From an uncultured delta proteobacterium (GTDB lineage: Bacteria; Desulfobacterota; WTBG01), in contig CAWCBP010000004.1 in assembly GCA_963793865.1 (NCBI GenBank), positions 224,001 through 288,000 of the forward strand: DNA of 64,000 nt, read 5' to 3'. The translations under genes and the position numbers were made by a program. Shown in pieces: positions 54,509 to 63,866 of this stretch (positions are counted from its first letter, which is position 1; every line of letters starts with the position of its first letter). Under the pieces are notes generated by a model, which worked only from the letters and a program-made list of their open reading frames with translations, did no database searches and was not told where the DNA came from.

Positions 54509-54554
54509 CCTTCACAAGTTGAAAGATTGTCATACGTTTTAAACAAATCTAGAA

Positions 54555-54589
54555 ATGCAGGGGTTCGTAAGGGCCCCTGCATCTTTTTT
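54555..54589 (+). terminator. intrinsic terminator
   Basis: ATGCAGGGG / CCCCTGCAT stem followed by a T run. Confidence 0.75.
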
Positions 54590-54818
54590 GGGAATATGCT
54601 ATGTCACCCATGGCCACTAAAAATAGTACGACCGTCTGCAAAAATATTGCCTGCGTCGCAGCTCGAATAGTTTGCATTACAGATTTATTGCAACCCCAGG
54701 ATGTCGAACTCAAATTATAAGAATTAATACATGGCATTATAAGAAATGTTTACACCAAACATGATTGGCAAATAACAAAAGCCAATAAATTTATAATGTT
54801 ATCGAGCAATACAATGCG

Positions 54819-54834
54819 TGGCATGTATTATGCT
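54819..54834 (+). promoter_or_regulatory. sigma54 promoter
   Basis: TGGCATGTATTATGCT (GG-N10-GC). Confidence 0.6.
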
Positions 54835-55001
54835 GTTTGATCAGGTACTGATGTGCTTTATCTTATCAGCAGAGACAGGCCTTATATGCTCACCTTTCGA
54901 TCGACCGGGCTTGCCCCGGGGAAGGAGGTTAATGTTGCGTTTAATGACATGAGAAGGGTAGAGGAAAAAATAAATTGAGGCACATTAAGAGGAGGTATGA
55001 C

Positions 55002-56036
55002 GTGAAACGAATGGTAATAAGTATGGCAGCATTGATTCTGGTGATTGGCGTTTCAACTGCAATGGCCGCAAAACCCCTGGATGTCATTCCGCTCAGTAAC
55101 GGCTTTCCCAGCGGACCCCACTTCAACCTGAACATCCATGGAAAAGACTGCGAAACATATGTTTGTGATCCGACAGCGGGCGGTGGATCGATATTCATCG
55201 GCGAATATGGGTCATCAACCATACAATATGTTACGAACAGATTGTCACTTGCAACAGAGTTGACAGCACTGGATCCCTGCGCGGAGTGTTTTGATGGTGA
55301 CCCTGCAAAAGTTCGCTTACCCTACGAAGCCCAGGGCTATTATGTATTTGCAAGACTTCGGGGAAAACCAAACAATGGGTCAAACGCCGGAGATCCGAGT
55401 ACAGTTCTTCTCTACCCGAATGACGTAGTACAACTCTGTAATGAGGATCCCCTCAATCCTGACCCCGCTTTCCCTGATTCTACAGAGTGCCTCCTGCCAG
55501 TGGGGTTGATTACTGTGCGGGATGTATATGACGCAACGCCGGAAGGGTTTGTGCGATTTGATCCGGCTGCATCAACAGGCAAAGGAAAGTCTATTGCGAC
55601 TGATATAACACGCCTGTTCATGTGGTCAGGCTGGGTCATTGATGCCAGTCTCGATATCAGCGGGCCGGACGGTGTGCCAGATGGTGTGATAGATGCTTAT
55701 GATGTTCCTATCACTTATGATGCGAATTTGAATGGGATCATTGATCCAGACGAATTACAAACTTGGTTACAGGAGCAGGCACTGCTTGGTCTGGCTACCT
55801 ATTATGAAAATGAATGGATCTTAAATATTGCAGACCTGGTAGTAAGTCAGCAGGACATCATTAACGATGGTGGTAAGTTGTTAAACATCAGGTTCTATCC
55901 GGTAGCAACAACCACGTATATGGAAAACTGTTCTGATGGGATAGACAATGACCGGGATGGGTTAATCGACTGTGCGGATGGCGATTGCCTGGATAATATC
56001 GCCTGTCCGGCACCGGCACCCCTTCTACTCCAGTAA
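55002..56036 (+). CDS. secreted hypothetical protein with C-terminal [19 protein letters not shown] Ca-type repeat
   Basis: GGAGG RBS plus GTG start, signal peptide. Confidence 0.8.
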   Translation: MKRMVISMAALILVIGVSTAMAAKPLDVIPLSNGFPSGPHFNLNIHGKDCETYVCDPTAGGGSIFIGEYGSSTIQYVTNRLSLATELTALDPCAECFDGDPAKVRLPYEAQGYYVFARLRGKPNNGSNAGDPSTVLLYPNDVVQLCNEDPLNPDPAFPDSTECLLPVGLITVRDVYDATPEGFVRFDPAASTGKGKSIATDITRLFMWSGWVIDASLDISGPDGVPDGVIDAYDVPITYDANLNGIIDPDELQTWLQEQALLGLATYYENEWILNIADLVVSQQDIINDGGKLLNIRFYPVATTTYMENCSDGIDNDRDGLIDCADGDCLDNIACPAPAPLLLQ

Positions 56037-56070
56037 AGAACAGCAACATATATTTTCTTACAATCAACGA

Positions 56071-56107
56071 AAAAACAGGAGCCTTGAAAAAGGGCTCCTG
56101 TTTTTTT
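56071..56107. terminator. bidirectional intrinsic terminator
   Basis: AAAAACAGGAGCC / GGCTCCTGTTTTTTT between convergent genes. Confidence 0.8.
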
Positions 56108-56129
56108 CACCTTAGTCCCGCAAAGAATG

Positions 56130-56273
56130 AGGGGACGTTGTTTCCTATAACAACTTATTCCCGGGCACAATACATCGCGCTTTATGGGCATACAATTGTT
56201 TAATCGATTGCCCAAAAAAATGCATTATCGGACGACGCGGGAACAGTGCGTTGCTAAAGAACCTGCATTCCCT
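56130..56273. repeat. AGGGGACG-ended MITE/REPIN-like element
   Basis: Left end nearly identical to 44183; right end GTTGCTAAAGAACCTGCATTCCCT. Confidence 0.6.
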
Positions 56274-56308
56274 TTTATACGGATTAAGGCGCCTGCCCCA
56301 ATGCCAGG

Positions 56309-58252
56309 CTACTGTTTAATCCAGAACAGAGCCCGCGGGGTGGCGCTCATGACATCAAGCATGGTCGCCGCGCCGTTGCCGGCAACGCTTTCCAGACGGT
56401 AATAGTAGGTTTTGCGATTGGTAAGGTCGGAATCAGTAAACGTGTATGACTCTCCCCCAGCGGCAGTACCCTGCGCGGGAATAATCGCATCATTGAGTTT
56501 TACCGCTTCGCTGCCTTTCTCCTCCATGCGGTACAGGTTAAAGCCGGTACAATCAGCCTCCAAGTCTGTGGTCCACCGGAGAATGACTTTGCGGAACCGT
56601 GGGAGAGCGCTGCTGGATGAAAGAGTAACTCCGGTGTAGGGAAAGCTCAAAAACTGCGGCTGATCATATTCCTGAAAGTAGCGGTGCGGCGCCTGCAAGG
56701 TGTAGTACATCCCGTCTCCGGTGAAAACAGTGCCAAACGTCGTGACGCTCTGGCCAAAGCCCCCGGTGCGCGATATGTTGTTATTGGGTTTCTCCTGGCT
56801 CGTATCGCTGAGCACCCTCCAGCAGGCCTGCATGTCAAAGGTTTCTGTTTCAGTAAGCAGCCGCATCAACGTTTCATAGCGCTTCCACGAGGATTCGTAA
56901 TAATAATCCGGATCGACATTGAAATCGCCCACAAAATGGTTGGAAGACCCGATATAACTGACCCCGTACGGTGACTGCTCGCCGTAGGTTACATCCATAT
57001 CCCCGGTGCGGATCTGGATTTTGGCCATGGTGGACCCGTTGAAATCCACGATGTGAACAATTGCCCCGCTCGGCCCAAAGACATGCCCGCTTGCGCTGAA
57101 CTCCTCAAAAAGGGCAACCGCCTCCTCCAGCGTTGCCGCGTGTTCCATGACCGTCCGCAGCATCAGGTTCGGGTTGAGCCCGATTAACGAATCGGGACAG
57201 GGAGCGCCGTAATTGGTCGTGACCGCTATCCCCTTTTCATTGAGGCCGTATCCCACAAACACCCAGCCGGGCGGATCGATGGTAATGTAGGAATAATCGC
57301 CATTGTCCGGCTGAAAATACATGATGGCGCTGCCGTTGACCATGCTCTGCGCGTCAGTGTTGTGGCCGAAAAACGTTCCCGCCTCCGAAGAAACCGCAAA
57401 GCCGGTGCAGCCATGCAGTTCGTATGAGGGGGGAGCATCGGGGATGGAGGACATGTTTTCCATGTTCAGCAGCTCAGTGGCCATATTGAGGGTCAGGACA
57501 ATGTCCCAGGCTGTGTCGTAGTTCATCGGCCGGACATCCGCCAGGCCGGCAGCCATGCCTCTCATATGATCGGCGGCGCTCTGCGGTTCCAGATCCTTAA
57601 CTTCATCATAATACTTTTCCGGCGTCCAGCCGTGTCCGGGGCCCACATAATTAAGGACGGTCCTCATGGTGTTGCTGAAATCGATGATGAAGTCCGGAAA
57701 GGTCCGGCCGACCTGCCGCCCGATGTCATACCAGCTTCCCTTGAACACCGCAACCGGGGCAAACTTCTCTATTTTATTCCGGCAGACATCGTCATTCTGG
57801 TCAGGATTGGGAACGGTGGGACAGCTGTCGTCGTTGTCGCAGAATCCGTCGCCGTCCAGGTCCTTGCCCCCGTTGCCGGAACAATAATCGCAGGCATCAC
57901 CGTATCCATCGGCATCGGCATCCTCCTGACCCATGCCGCAGGCGCCTCCCCATCCGCATTCCCTGTCTTTGAGACACTGATCACCTCTTCTCAAGCCCGC
58001 CACACAGGTGCCCCGATCCGGCCCGTTTGCAATGAAAGGACAGTTGTCGGCATCGGGATAGGAGGGAGTGCAGTTTGCGCAGGCGTTGTCAGGAAGGCCG
58101 TCGCAGTCGGTGTCGAATATTTCATTCTGCGCATCTCCCTGAGTTACGGCGATAGTGCATGGATCCATCGCAAAGGATGGTGCCGGGCCGTTCAGACACC
58201 ACAGGAGAACGGGAAAGAGAATGATCAGCAGCATCTTTGGTGAGTGTTTCAT
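56309..58252 (-). CDS. secreted C45-family Ntn hydrolase with TSP3-like repeats and FN3-like C-terminus
   Basis: G|CTGF autoprocessing site, GHNTD, GLNEKGIAVTTN, SNHF; DADGYGDACD; LRWTT...GFNLYR...YTFTD...YYYRLE. Confidence 0.85.
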   Translation of the reverse strand: MKHSPKMLLIILFPVLLWCLNGPAPSFAMDPCTIAVTQGDAQNEIFDTDCDGLPDNACANCTPSYPDADNCPFIANGPDRGTCVAGLRRGDQCLKDRECGWGGACGMGQEDADADGYGDACDYCSGNGGKDLDGDGFCDNDDSCPTVPNPDQNDDVCRNKIEKFAPVAVFKGSWYDIGRQVGRTFPDFIIDFSNTMRTVLNYVGPGHGWTPEKYYDEVKDLEPQSAADHMRGMAAGLADVRPMNYDTAWDIVLTLNMATELLNMENMSSIPDAPPSYELHGCTGFAVSSEAGTFFGHNTDAQSMVNGSAIMYFQPDNGDYSYITIDPPGWVFVGYGLNEKGIAVTTNYGAPCPDSLIGLNPNLMLRTVMEHAATLEEAVALFEEFSASGHVFGPSGAIVHIVDFNGSTMAKIQIRTGDMDVTYGEQSPYGVSYIGSSNHFVGDFNVDPDYYYESSWKRYETLMRLLTETETFDMQACWRVLSDTSQEKPNNNISRTGGFGQSVTTFGTVFTGDGMYYTLQAPHRYFQEYDQPQFLSFPYTGVTLSSSSALPRFRKVILRWTTDLEADCTGFNLYRMEEKGSEAVKLNDAIIPAQGTAAGGESYTFTDSDLTNRKTYYYRLESVAGNGAATMLDVMSATPRALFWIKQ

Positions 58253-58548
58253 GCACCAACTCCTTTCATGTATGGTATTTTTTGAGATGTGGATATGGTG
58301 AGCATTTCCCGAACAATGGTACGGTTAACGATTGCATATTCAATGAGGATTTGTCAACCCTCCCCTTGCAGACTGACAGACCGGGAGTAATTGCAAAGGA
58401 CGGCAGTGCGCTGAACGCGATTTATGCCTCGCCTTCCAAAACAGTTTACTATATAGTATTGGATAAACAGACATGCTCTTAAAATCTGCAACCCAAGGAA
58501 AATGCGCCGGGTGGCCAGGGCGCAACGAACACAAGGAGAAGATTACAC

Positions 58549-59553
58549 ATGCACCGATTATTGCGGCTGATTTCAGCTTCTTTTGTAATGGTGATGCTGT
58601 CGTCGGCGTTGCCGCCAGCGGCCGCCCCCGCAGCCGGCGTGTTTCCGGAAGTCATCAGTCTGCCTGATGACTTTCAGCCGGAGGGAATCGCCATCGGCCG
58701 CGGAACCAGTTTCTACGCCGGGTCATTAGCCGACGGATCAATCTACAAGGGGGATTTGTATACCGGCGCCGGCTCCATCCTGGTGCAGCCGGAGTCCGGG
58801 CGCCTGATTGCCGGTCTTGCTGTGGACACGTGCAGCAACATTCTCTTTGCCGCGGGAACGCTCAGCGGCCGGGGCTTTGCTTTCGACGCGGAAAACGGCG
58901 CTCTGCTGGCGGCGTATCAGCTGGCTACCGACTTTCCCAGCCTCATCAATGACGTGGTGGTTACTCGTGACGCAGCCTATTTTACCGATTCGTTCCAGCC
59001 CTTTTTGTACCGAGTGCCGCTGGGACCATTTGGCAAGCTCCCTGATGAATCATCGGTGGAACGCATCCCATTGGGCGGCGAATTTATCCAGGTGCCCGGC
59101 CCGTTTGTCTTCAACAGCAACGGGATTGAGGCTTCGTCAAACGGCAGGTGGCTGCTGATAATCAATTCCAATCGCAGTGAACTGTACCGGGTAGATCCAC
59201 GCACCGGCGATGCCGTCAAAGTCGATGTGGGTGATGCCGATCTCAGCTACGGTGACGGTCTGTGTCTGCGAGGGCGCTCCCTGTACATGGTGCAAAACCG
59301 GCTCAACCGGATTGCCGTGATCAGGCTGGCGCCTGATTTCACCAGCGGCACCGCCGTGCGGACAATTACCGATCCTGACTTTGCCGTGCCCACAACGCTT
59401 GACCGCTTTCGGGCCCTGGCTCTATGCGGTAAATTCGCAGCCACCCTTTACCGTTGTTCGCGTGCTGTGGTGGGGACAGTGGTAAAAGTCACCAATGAAT
59501 GGTTGATGCTGACCATCATGTTCTTATGGCCCGTGCTGCGAATCCGCCGGTAG
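58549..59553 (+). CDS. secreted SMP-30/gluconolactonase-like beta-propeller (3' end probably frameshifted)
   Basis: FQPEGIA, INDVVVT, AYFTDS, NGIEA, GDGL. Confidence 0.75.
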   Translation: MHRLLRLISASFVMVMLSSALPPAAAPAAGVFPEVISLPDDFQPEGIAIGRGTSFYAGSLADGSIYKGDLYTGAGSILVQPESGRLIAGLAVDTCSNILFAAGTLSGRGFAFDAENGALLAAYQLATDFPSLINDVVVTRDAAYFTDSFQPFLYRVPLGPFGKLPDESSVERIPLGGEFIQVPGPFVFNSNGIEASSNGRWLLIINSNRSELYRVDPRTGDAVKVDVGDADLSYGDGLCLRGRSLYMVQNRLNRIAVIRLAPDFTSGTAVRTITDPDFAVPTTLDRFRALALCGKFAATLYRCSRAVVGTVVKVTNEWLMLTIMFLWPVLRIRR

Positions 59554-59635
59554 CGCGCAGAGGTATTCCCATGACACGCCCGTGAAATGAAAAAAACAGG
59601 AAGAAATTTTTTTGGTTTTGATGCTTGAAGGCAGC

Positions 59636-59687
59636 AGACATAACCCCGCTTTTCTCAGATGGCAGTCTGAGAAGGCGGGGTTTGTCT
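59636..59687. repeat. hairpin repeat, copy 2
   Basis: AGACATAACCCCGCTTTTCTCAGATGGCAGTCTGAGAAGGCGGGGTTTGTCT. Confidence 0.75.
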
Positions 59688-59714
59688 CTGTGCAGAGACG
59701 GTTCCGACAAGAAG

Positions 59715-60500
59715 TTAGCGCGCGGCAGCCTTCATTTCAGGGACAGTAACAATAAAGCCCTTTATTAAATGATAGAATGCGAACATGTAGGCAAAGGTTT
59801 TGGGGATCATAAACATTCCGAAGCTTCTATTCACGGGAATAAGCGCCAGGGAAAGGAAGAAAAACAAAAACGAGAAGGCAAAGCCGGCTCCGGCGCGGGA
59901 CAATGCCCTCTCCTGCGTTTGTGCGGGCGGATCCGCTGCTCGTGCCAGGGCGTCGCGGGAACAGCGAATAAGCTTGTAGACGGTCATTACACCGAAGATG
60001 ATAAAAAGGATAATGTGAGGGGCCCAGACGGCAATAATATAATCAAGGGTGTATATCCCCAGCGCGTTGGGCGCCGCGCCCGGCAGGATAAGCACAACGG
60101 CCGCCAGGGCAAGACCGGTGACGATTTTATCATATGGCTTAAACGCGCCCTGCTGATAACGGGCAACGATAAACAGGGCCCACAGGGTGTAATACACGAT
60201 AAAAACCAGGGCATCAAAAAACATGGTGAAGGTCCGTGCTTCAAACACGGTTCCTGCAACGCTGACGGAACCTGTCGTGCTCCCGGTGTAGGCGCTGATG
60301 GTCCCTCCAATGGTGTGGAGCAGGTCGCCGACAAACACAATGGCTGCACCGATCCACAGATAGCCCATCTGCATCCTGACAGACCCTTCAGTCCGCTGCC
60401 ATTTCCTGAATGCCAGAACGCCCGAGACAACGACGAATGCAAGCCAGGCAATCATCAGCGCCCAGGTCACAATCTCGATCATCAGGGTTGAAGAATCCAT
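59715..60500 (-). CDS. multi-pass membrane protein (about 7 TM helices)
   Basis: Hydrophobic segments; C-terminal FMIPKTFAY. Confidence 0.7.
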   Translation of the reverse strand: MDSSTLMIEIVTWALMIAWLAFVVVSGVLAFRKWQRTEGSVRMQMGYLWIGAAIVFVGDLLHTIGGTISAYTGSTTGSVSVAGTVFEARTFTMFFDALVFIVYYTLWALFIVARYQQGAFKPYDKIVTGLALAAVVLILPGAAPNALGIYTLDYIIAVWAPHIILFIIFGVMTVYKLIRCSRDALARAADPPAQTQERALSRAGAGFAFSFLFFFLSLALIPVNRSFGMFMIPKTFAYMFAFYHLIKGFIVTVPEMKAAAR

Positions 60501-60563
60501 GAGGCTGACCTTACAACCGTATTGTATCCCTGTTCCAGCCACGAACCAAAAGCGCCCTTGTGG

Positions 60564-61232
60564 TCAATCCTTAATACAGCGCACCGCAATACCAAAGGCC
60601 TTGGTTATGGCTTGATCATCCCTGAAAATGCCACTCTGGCCATAATCGAGCATCCTGGTCCATGCGTGGGTTGCGTCGTATTCAGTGGCGGTCCAGAACA
60701 TGACGTGCTGGCCCTGCATGTTGAAAAAACCGGAATTGAAACGGCTGCCGCTCGGCAAGGCTGAAAACCCGCTTACGTTGGTAGCGCCGGTATTGGGCCT
60801 TCTCCATAAGCCGGTTCCGTCTTCTTTCGTTCCGGTTGCCTTCATCATACCGCCGGCAATGTGGCTTTCTTCCATGTCAGCTTCCGGATCTGCTTGAGGG
60901 TCAAGATATTTTACAAGAGTTGACCACTCCTCATCAGTTGCCAGATGCCAGCCTTCAGGACAGGCATCCATCGCCGCTTCCCAGTCATAGAGCCTTCCAT
61001 ACAGGTCGCAATTTGCCGGATCGTCCTTATAACACCAGCTGTTTTCAGTCTCATAGTTCAGGTCCTGCGCAAGCCAGGTCTGCTCCCCCAACTTTACCGT
61101 TTGATACGTCTGCCCATCACGCGCATCGTTCATCTCACCGAATTCCGGATTAGGATCACGCACACATCCGGTAACGACAAACACCATTGTCATTATTAAT
61201 ATCAAAAACGTGGTCATGTTCTTCATTGCCAT
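60564..61232 (-). CDS. Fibrobacter succinogenes major paralogous domain (FISUMP) lipoprotein
   Basis: VTGC lipobox; DARDGQTYQTVKLG, YGRLYDW, CPEGWHL, GFSALP, VRCIKD. Confidence 0.88.
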   Translation of the reverse strand: MAMKNMTTFLILIMTMVFVVTGCVRDPNPEFGEMNDARDGQTYQTVKLGEQTWLAQDLNYETENSWCYKDDPANCDLYGRLYDWEAAMDACPEGWHLATDEEWSTLVKYLDPQADPEADMEESHIAGGMMKATGTKEDGTGLWRRPNTGATNVSGFSALPSGSRFNSGFFNMQGQHVMFWTATEYDATHAWTRMLDYGQSGIFRDDQAITKAFGIAVRCIKD

Positions 61233-61276
61233 CCTCCCTGGTAGTACATACTACCTGGCGACAGTGAGGTTATCGG

Positions 61277-61939
61277 TTAATCCATGATACAACGTACGGA
61301 AAGGCCCTGGGTCCTGGTTACATTGGAGTTGTCCCGGTAAATGCCGCCGATGCCATAATCGAGGATCCGGAACCAAACGCTATTGGCGTCGTACTCGGTA
61401 GAGGTCCAGTAGATGGCGTGCATACCCATCACCATGCAAGAGCCGTCGTCGAAACGGGCGCCGCCCGGTACGGATGAAAACCCGCTTATGTTGGTGGCAT
61501 CCTTATTAGGACTGTTCCACAAGCCGGTCCCGTCTTCTTTCGTGCCGGTTGCCTTCATCATGCCGCCGGCAATCTCGCTTTCTATCCAATTGCTCGGATC
61601 CGCTTTACGATCCAGATATTTTATAAGGGTTGACCATTCTTCATCACTGGCCAGATGCCAGCCGGCGGGGCAGGCGTCCATCGCCGATTCCCAGTCGTAG
61701 AGCCTTCCATACACTTCACAATTCGCGGGATCATCCCCATAACACCAGCTGTTTGCGGTCTCGTAGTTAAGGTCATGAGCAAGCCAGGTCTGTTTTCCCA
61801 GTTTTACCGTTTGATATGTCTGGTCATCACGCGCATCAGTCATCTCGCCGAATTCTGGCTTGGGATCATTCACGCAACCCGCAACCAAAACAAACATCAC
61901 CGCAATTACCATTAAGGAAACCGCCGCAAATCGCTTCAT
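61277..61939 (-). CDS. FISUMP lipoprotein (tandem paralogue)
   Basis: VAGC lipobox; same motifs, ends SVRCIMD. Confidence 0.88.
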   Translation of the reverse strand: MKRFAAVSLMVIAVMFVLVAGCVNDPKPEFGEMTDARDDQTYQTVKLGKQTWLAHDLNYETANSWCYGDDPANCEVYGRLYDWESAMDACPAGWHLASDEEWSTLIKYLDRKADPSNWIESEIAGGMMKATGTKEDGTGLWNSPNKDATNISGFSSVPGGARFDDGSCMVMGMHAIYWTSTEYDANSVWFRILDYGIGGIYRDNSNVTRTQGLSVRCIMD

Positions 61940-61986
61940 TTATGACCTCCCTGTAAAAGTAGTTTGTGCATCTGGAAGCGTCTCTG

Positions 61987-62598
61987 CTATTCTCCTATCA
62001 GCTGCCAACACCCCATCAATCATCGTTTTTACATCATGCTTAAACTTCTCATCTGCTTGCATTGCCCGTACTATCAACGGGGCTCCACTGATAATAGAGT
62101 TTAATAAGCTCCTGGCCCTCCGGAGTCTGGCGCAACAGGTTGTCGCGCACCGCCCTCAGTAGCGCGGCTTCGACAGAACCTTGCCCGTAGACCTCTTCAG
62201 CCGGACAGGTCGAATCCGGCACCGTGGTTGTGGTCGTAAAGTCACCACACGCAACACCATGACATCCCGCAGTCAGGCAGGAGGCGCCCGAAGGCACATA
62301 GTCGTCACTGCCTTCATGGAACCCAACCAGGCTGCACAGTTCCGCATTAACGAGCGAACGCGGATGGCACACAAGGCATGCCGCTGCGTGCACATTACCC
62401 CGCTCGGTTGGTCCCTCATGGCAGGCGAAACAATCAGTATGGGTGCCATGCAAGCCTTCCAGGGCAAACTCGCCCAGGTCATGACATGCAAGGCATCCCG
62501 ATGCATCAACCATGGGGTGCGCGGCACTCATGGGCGGCAAGACCAGAGCGGCGGTACATAAAACCGATGCATAAAATGAAGGCACCATATTTTCTCAT
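61987..62598 (-). CDS. small secreted multiheme cytochrome c with Thr linker and CFI-box-CTERM-like domain (both ends uncertain because of indels)
   Basis: CLACH, CFACH, CLVCH, CLTAGCH; TTTTT; CPAEEVYG...LRAVRDNLL...GQELIKLYYQWSP. Confidence 0.75.
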
Positions 62599-62629
62599 GC
62601 AAAAAGCCCCTTTTTGAGCCGGACGATCG

Positions 62630-62920
62630 TCACCTTCCCTGGCACAGTGCCACCGTCATCTCTGCGGCCGCATCACAATCATAGCAGGACTTGCAGGGTA
62701 TATAGCGCGAATTGACATAAAAGCCGCAGTGGTCTGATTCAGGCGCCATGCATACCTGGGGTTCATTTCCATCAGTGCAAATAATGGTCTCTCCCCAGGC
62801 CTGCTCACTCAAATCAACACAATTTACATCGTCCGGCTTTTGGCACCCGGCAATGAGCACGCAACAGGCAATACTGACAGCAAACAGGTAAAAAGTTTTT
62901 AATCGTTTTGCATGAGTCAT
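62630..62920 (-). CDS. small Cys-rich lipoprotein
   Basis: GGAGG RBS, IAGC lipobox, many Cys residues. Confidence 0.7.
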   Translation of the reverse strand: MTHAKRLKTFYLFAVSIACCVLIAGCQKPDDVNCVDLSEQAWGETIICTDGNEPQVCMAPESDHCGFYVNSRYIPCKSCYDCDAAAEMTVALCQGR

Positions 62921-62936
62921 GCAATCCTCCCGCAGA

Positions 62937-63767
62937 TCACTCCTGCAGCTTCCAGCGCAAATCGCATATGGGGTCGCCGGTGGCAATCTGCATGGTTCTG
63001 CGATATCCCGTGCGCATGGCCGACCCGGCAATATAGTCCTGGGTGCAGATCAGGGGCAACACCAGGTCAACCGCGTCAAATTTTTTATAGAGCTGCACAT
63101 TGGCGCACTGGGTATAATCAAGCCCCCAGTCAAAATCGACCCTGTCGCCCCTGCGAAAATAGATTACATAGTCGTCAGGATAGACGCGGAACTGGGACCA
63201 CAGGGCGGTCGCCGCCATGAACAATTCGGTCTGGTAGCCAAACTGCATCTTCCCGATGGCAATCAGCTGATCCTTACCCCAGGCAAGCAAATCTTTTGAA
63301 GCCTGCATGAGATGGAGATTGCTGAAGTCCTTTTTGGTAACACCATAATTTGCTACCACCAGATATTCCGCCAGCTTTTCAGAATTGGGGATGAACCATT
63401 GCAGATGAAAATTGGACTCCCCGATGAAGGGCATGTCGGGAATCAGGGCTTCATAGCGGGCCCGCATTTCATCCAGGATGTCATCAATTTCATTCTCGCC
63501 AAAGACGTGCAGATACAGTTCCCTCCGGGCCGGTCTCTTTTGATCATATTGCTCGAGTAGGGGTCCGGGATCCCATGTCATGCCGTCAGTGGCTGTAATG
63601 CCGGGAGCGGTAATTCGCAAGGGATTAAGGCGGAGGTACGGCACGGCGGCTTTATAACCGGCATAACTTTTGCGCATCGTTCTGCCCGCTGCAAACAGGT
63701 TCATGGGATTACAGCATGCGCCCAGACAGCCTATTCCGATTGCTTTAATGAAGTCCCGCCGTTTCAT
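62937..63767 (-). CDS. Tat-signal protein with L-2-amino-thiazoline-4-carboxylate hydrolase-like domain
   Basis: MKRRDFIK; FDWGLDYTQC, ICTQDY, RRTMQIATGDPICDLRW. Confidence 0.75.
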   Translation of the reverse strand: MKRRDFIKAIGIGCLGACCNPMNLFAAGRTMRKSYAGYKAAVPYLRLNPLRITAPGITATDGMTWDPGPLLEQYDQKRPARRELYLHVFGENEIDDILDEMRARYEALIPDMPFIGESNFHLQWFIPNSEKLAEYLVVANYGVTKKDFSNLHLMQASKDLLAWGKDQLIAIGKMQFGYQTELFMAATALWSQFRVYPDDYVIYFRRGDRVDFDWGLDYTQCANVQLYKKFDAVDLVLPLICTQDYIAGSAMRTGYRRTMQIATGDPICDLRWKLQE

Positions 63768-63780
63768 ATCATCTCCTAAG

Positions 63781-63851
63781 AGGGGACGCCCTTAAATTCC
63801 TAAGTTTCCACTCTTCATTTCGACTAACTTAGATTTTTAAGGGCGTCCCCT
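63781..63851. mobile_element. 71-bp non-autonomous relative of the 11224-12320 element
   Basis: AGGGGACGCCCTTAAATTCCTAAGTT...AACTTAGATTTTTAAGGGCGTCCCCT. Confidence 0.85.
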
Positions 63852-63866
63852 ATGGCCCTATGCGCA

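Noticed and set aside
60564..61939. Tandem FISUMP paralogues as a DGR template/variable repeat pair
   Set aside because: Both are complete genes, differences span the whole length and do not look adenine-specific, and no reverse transcriptase is in the window
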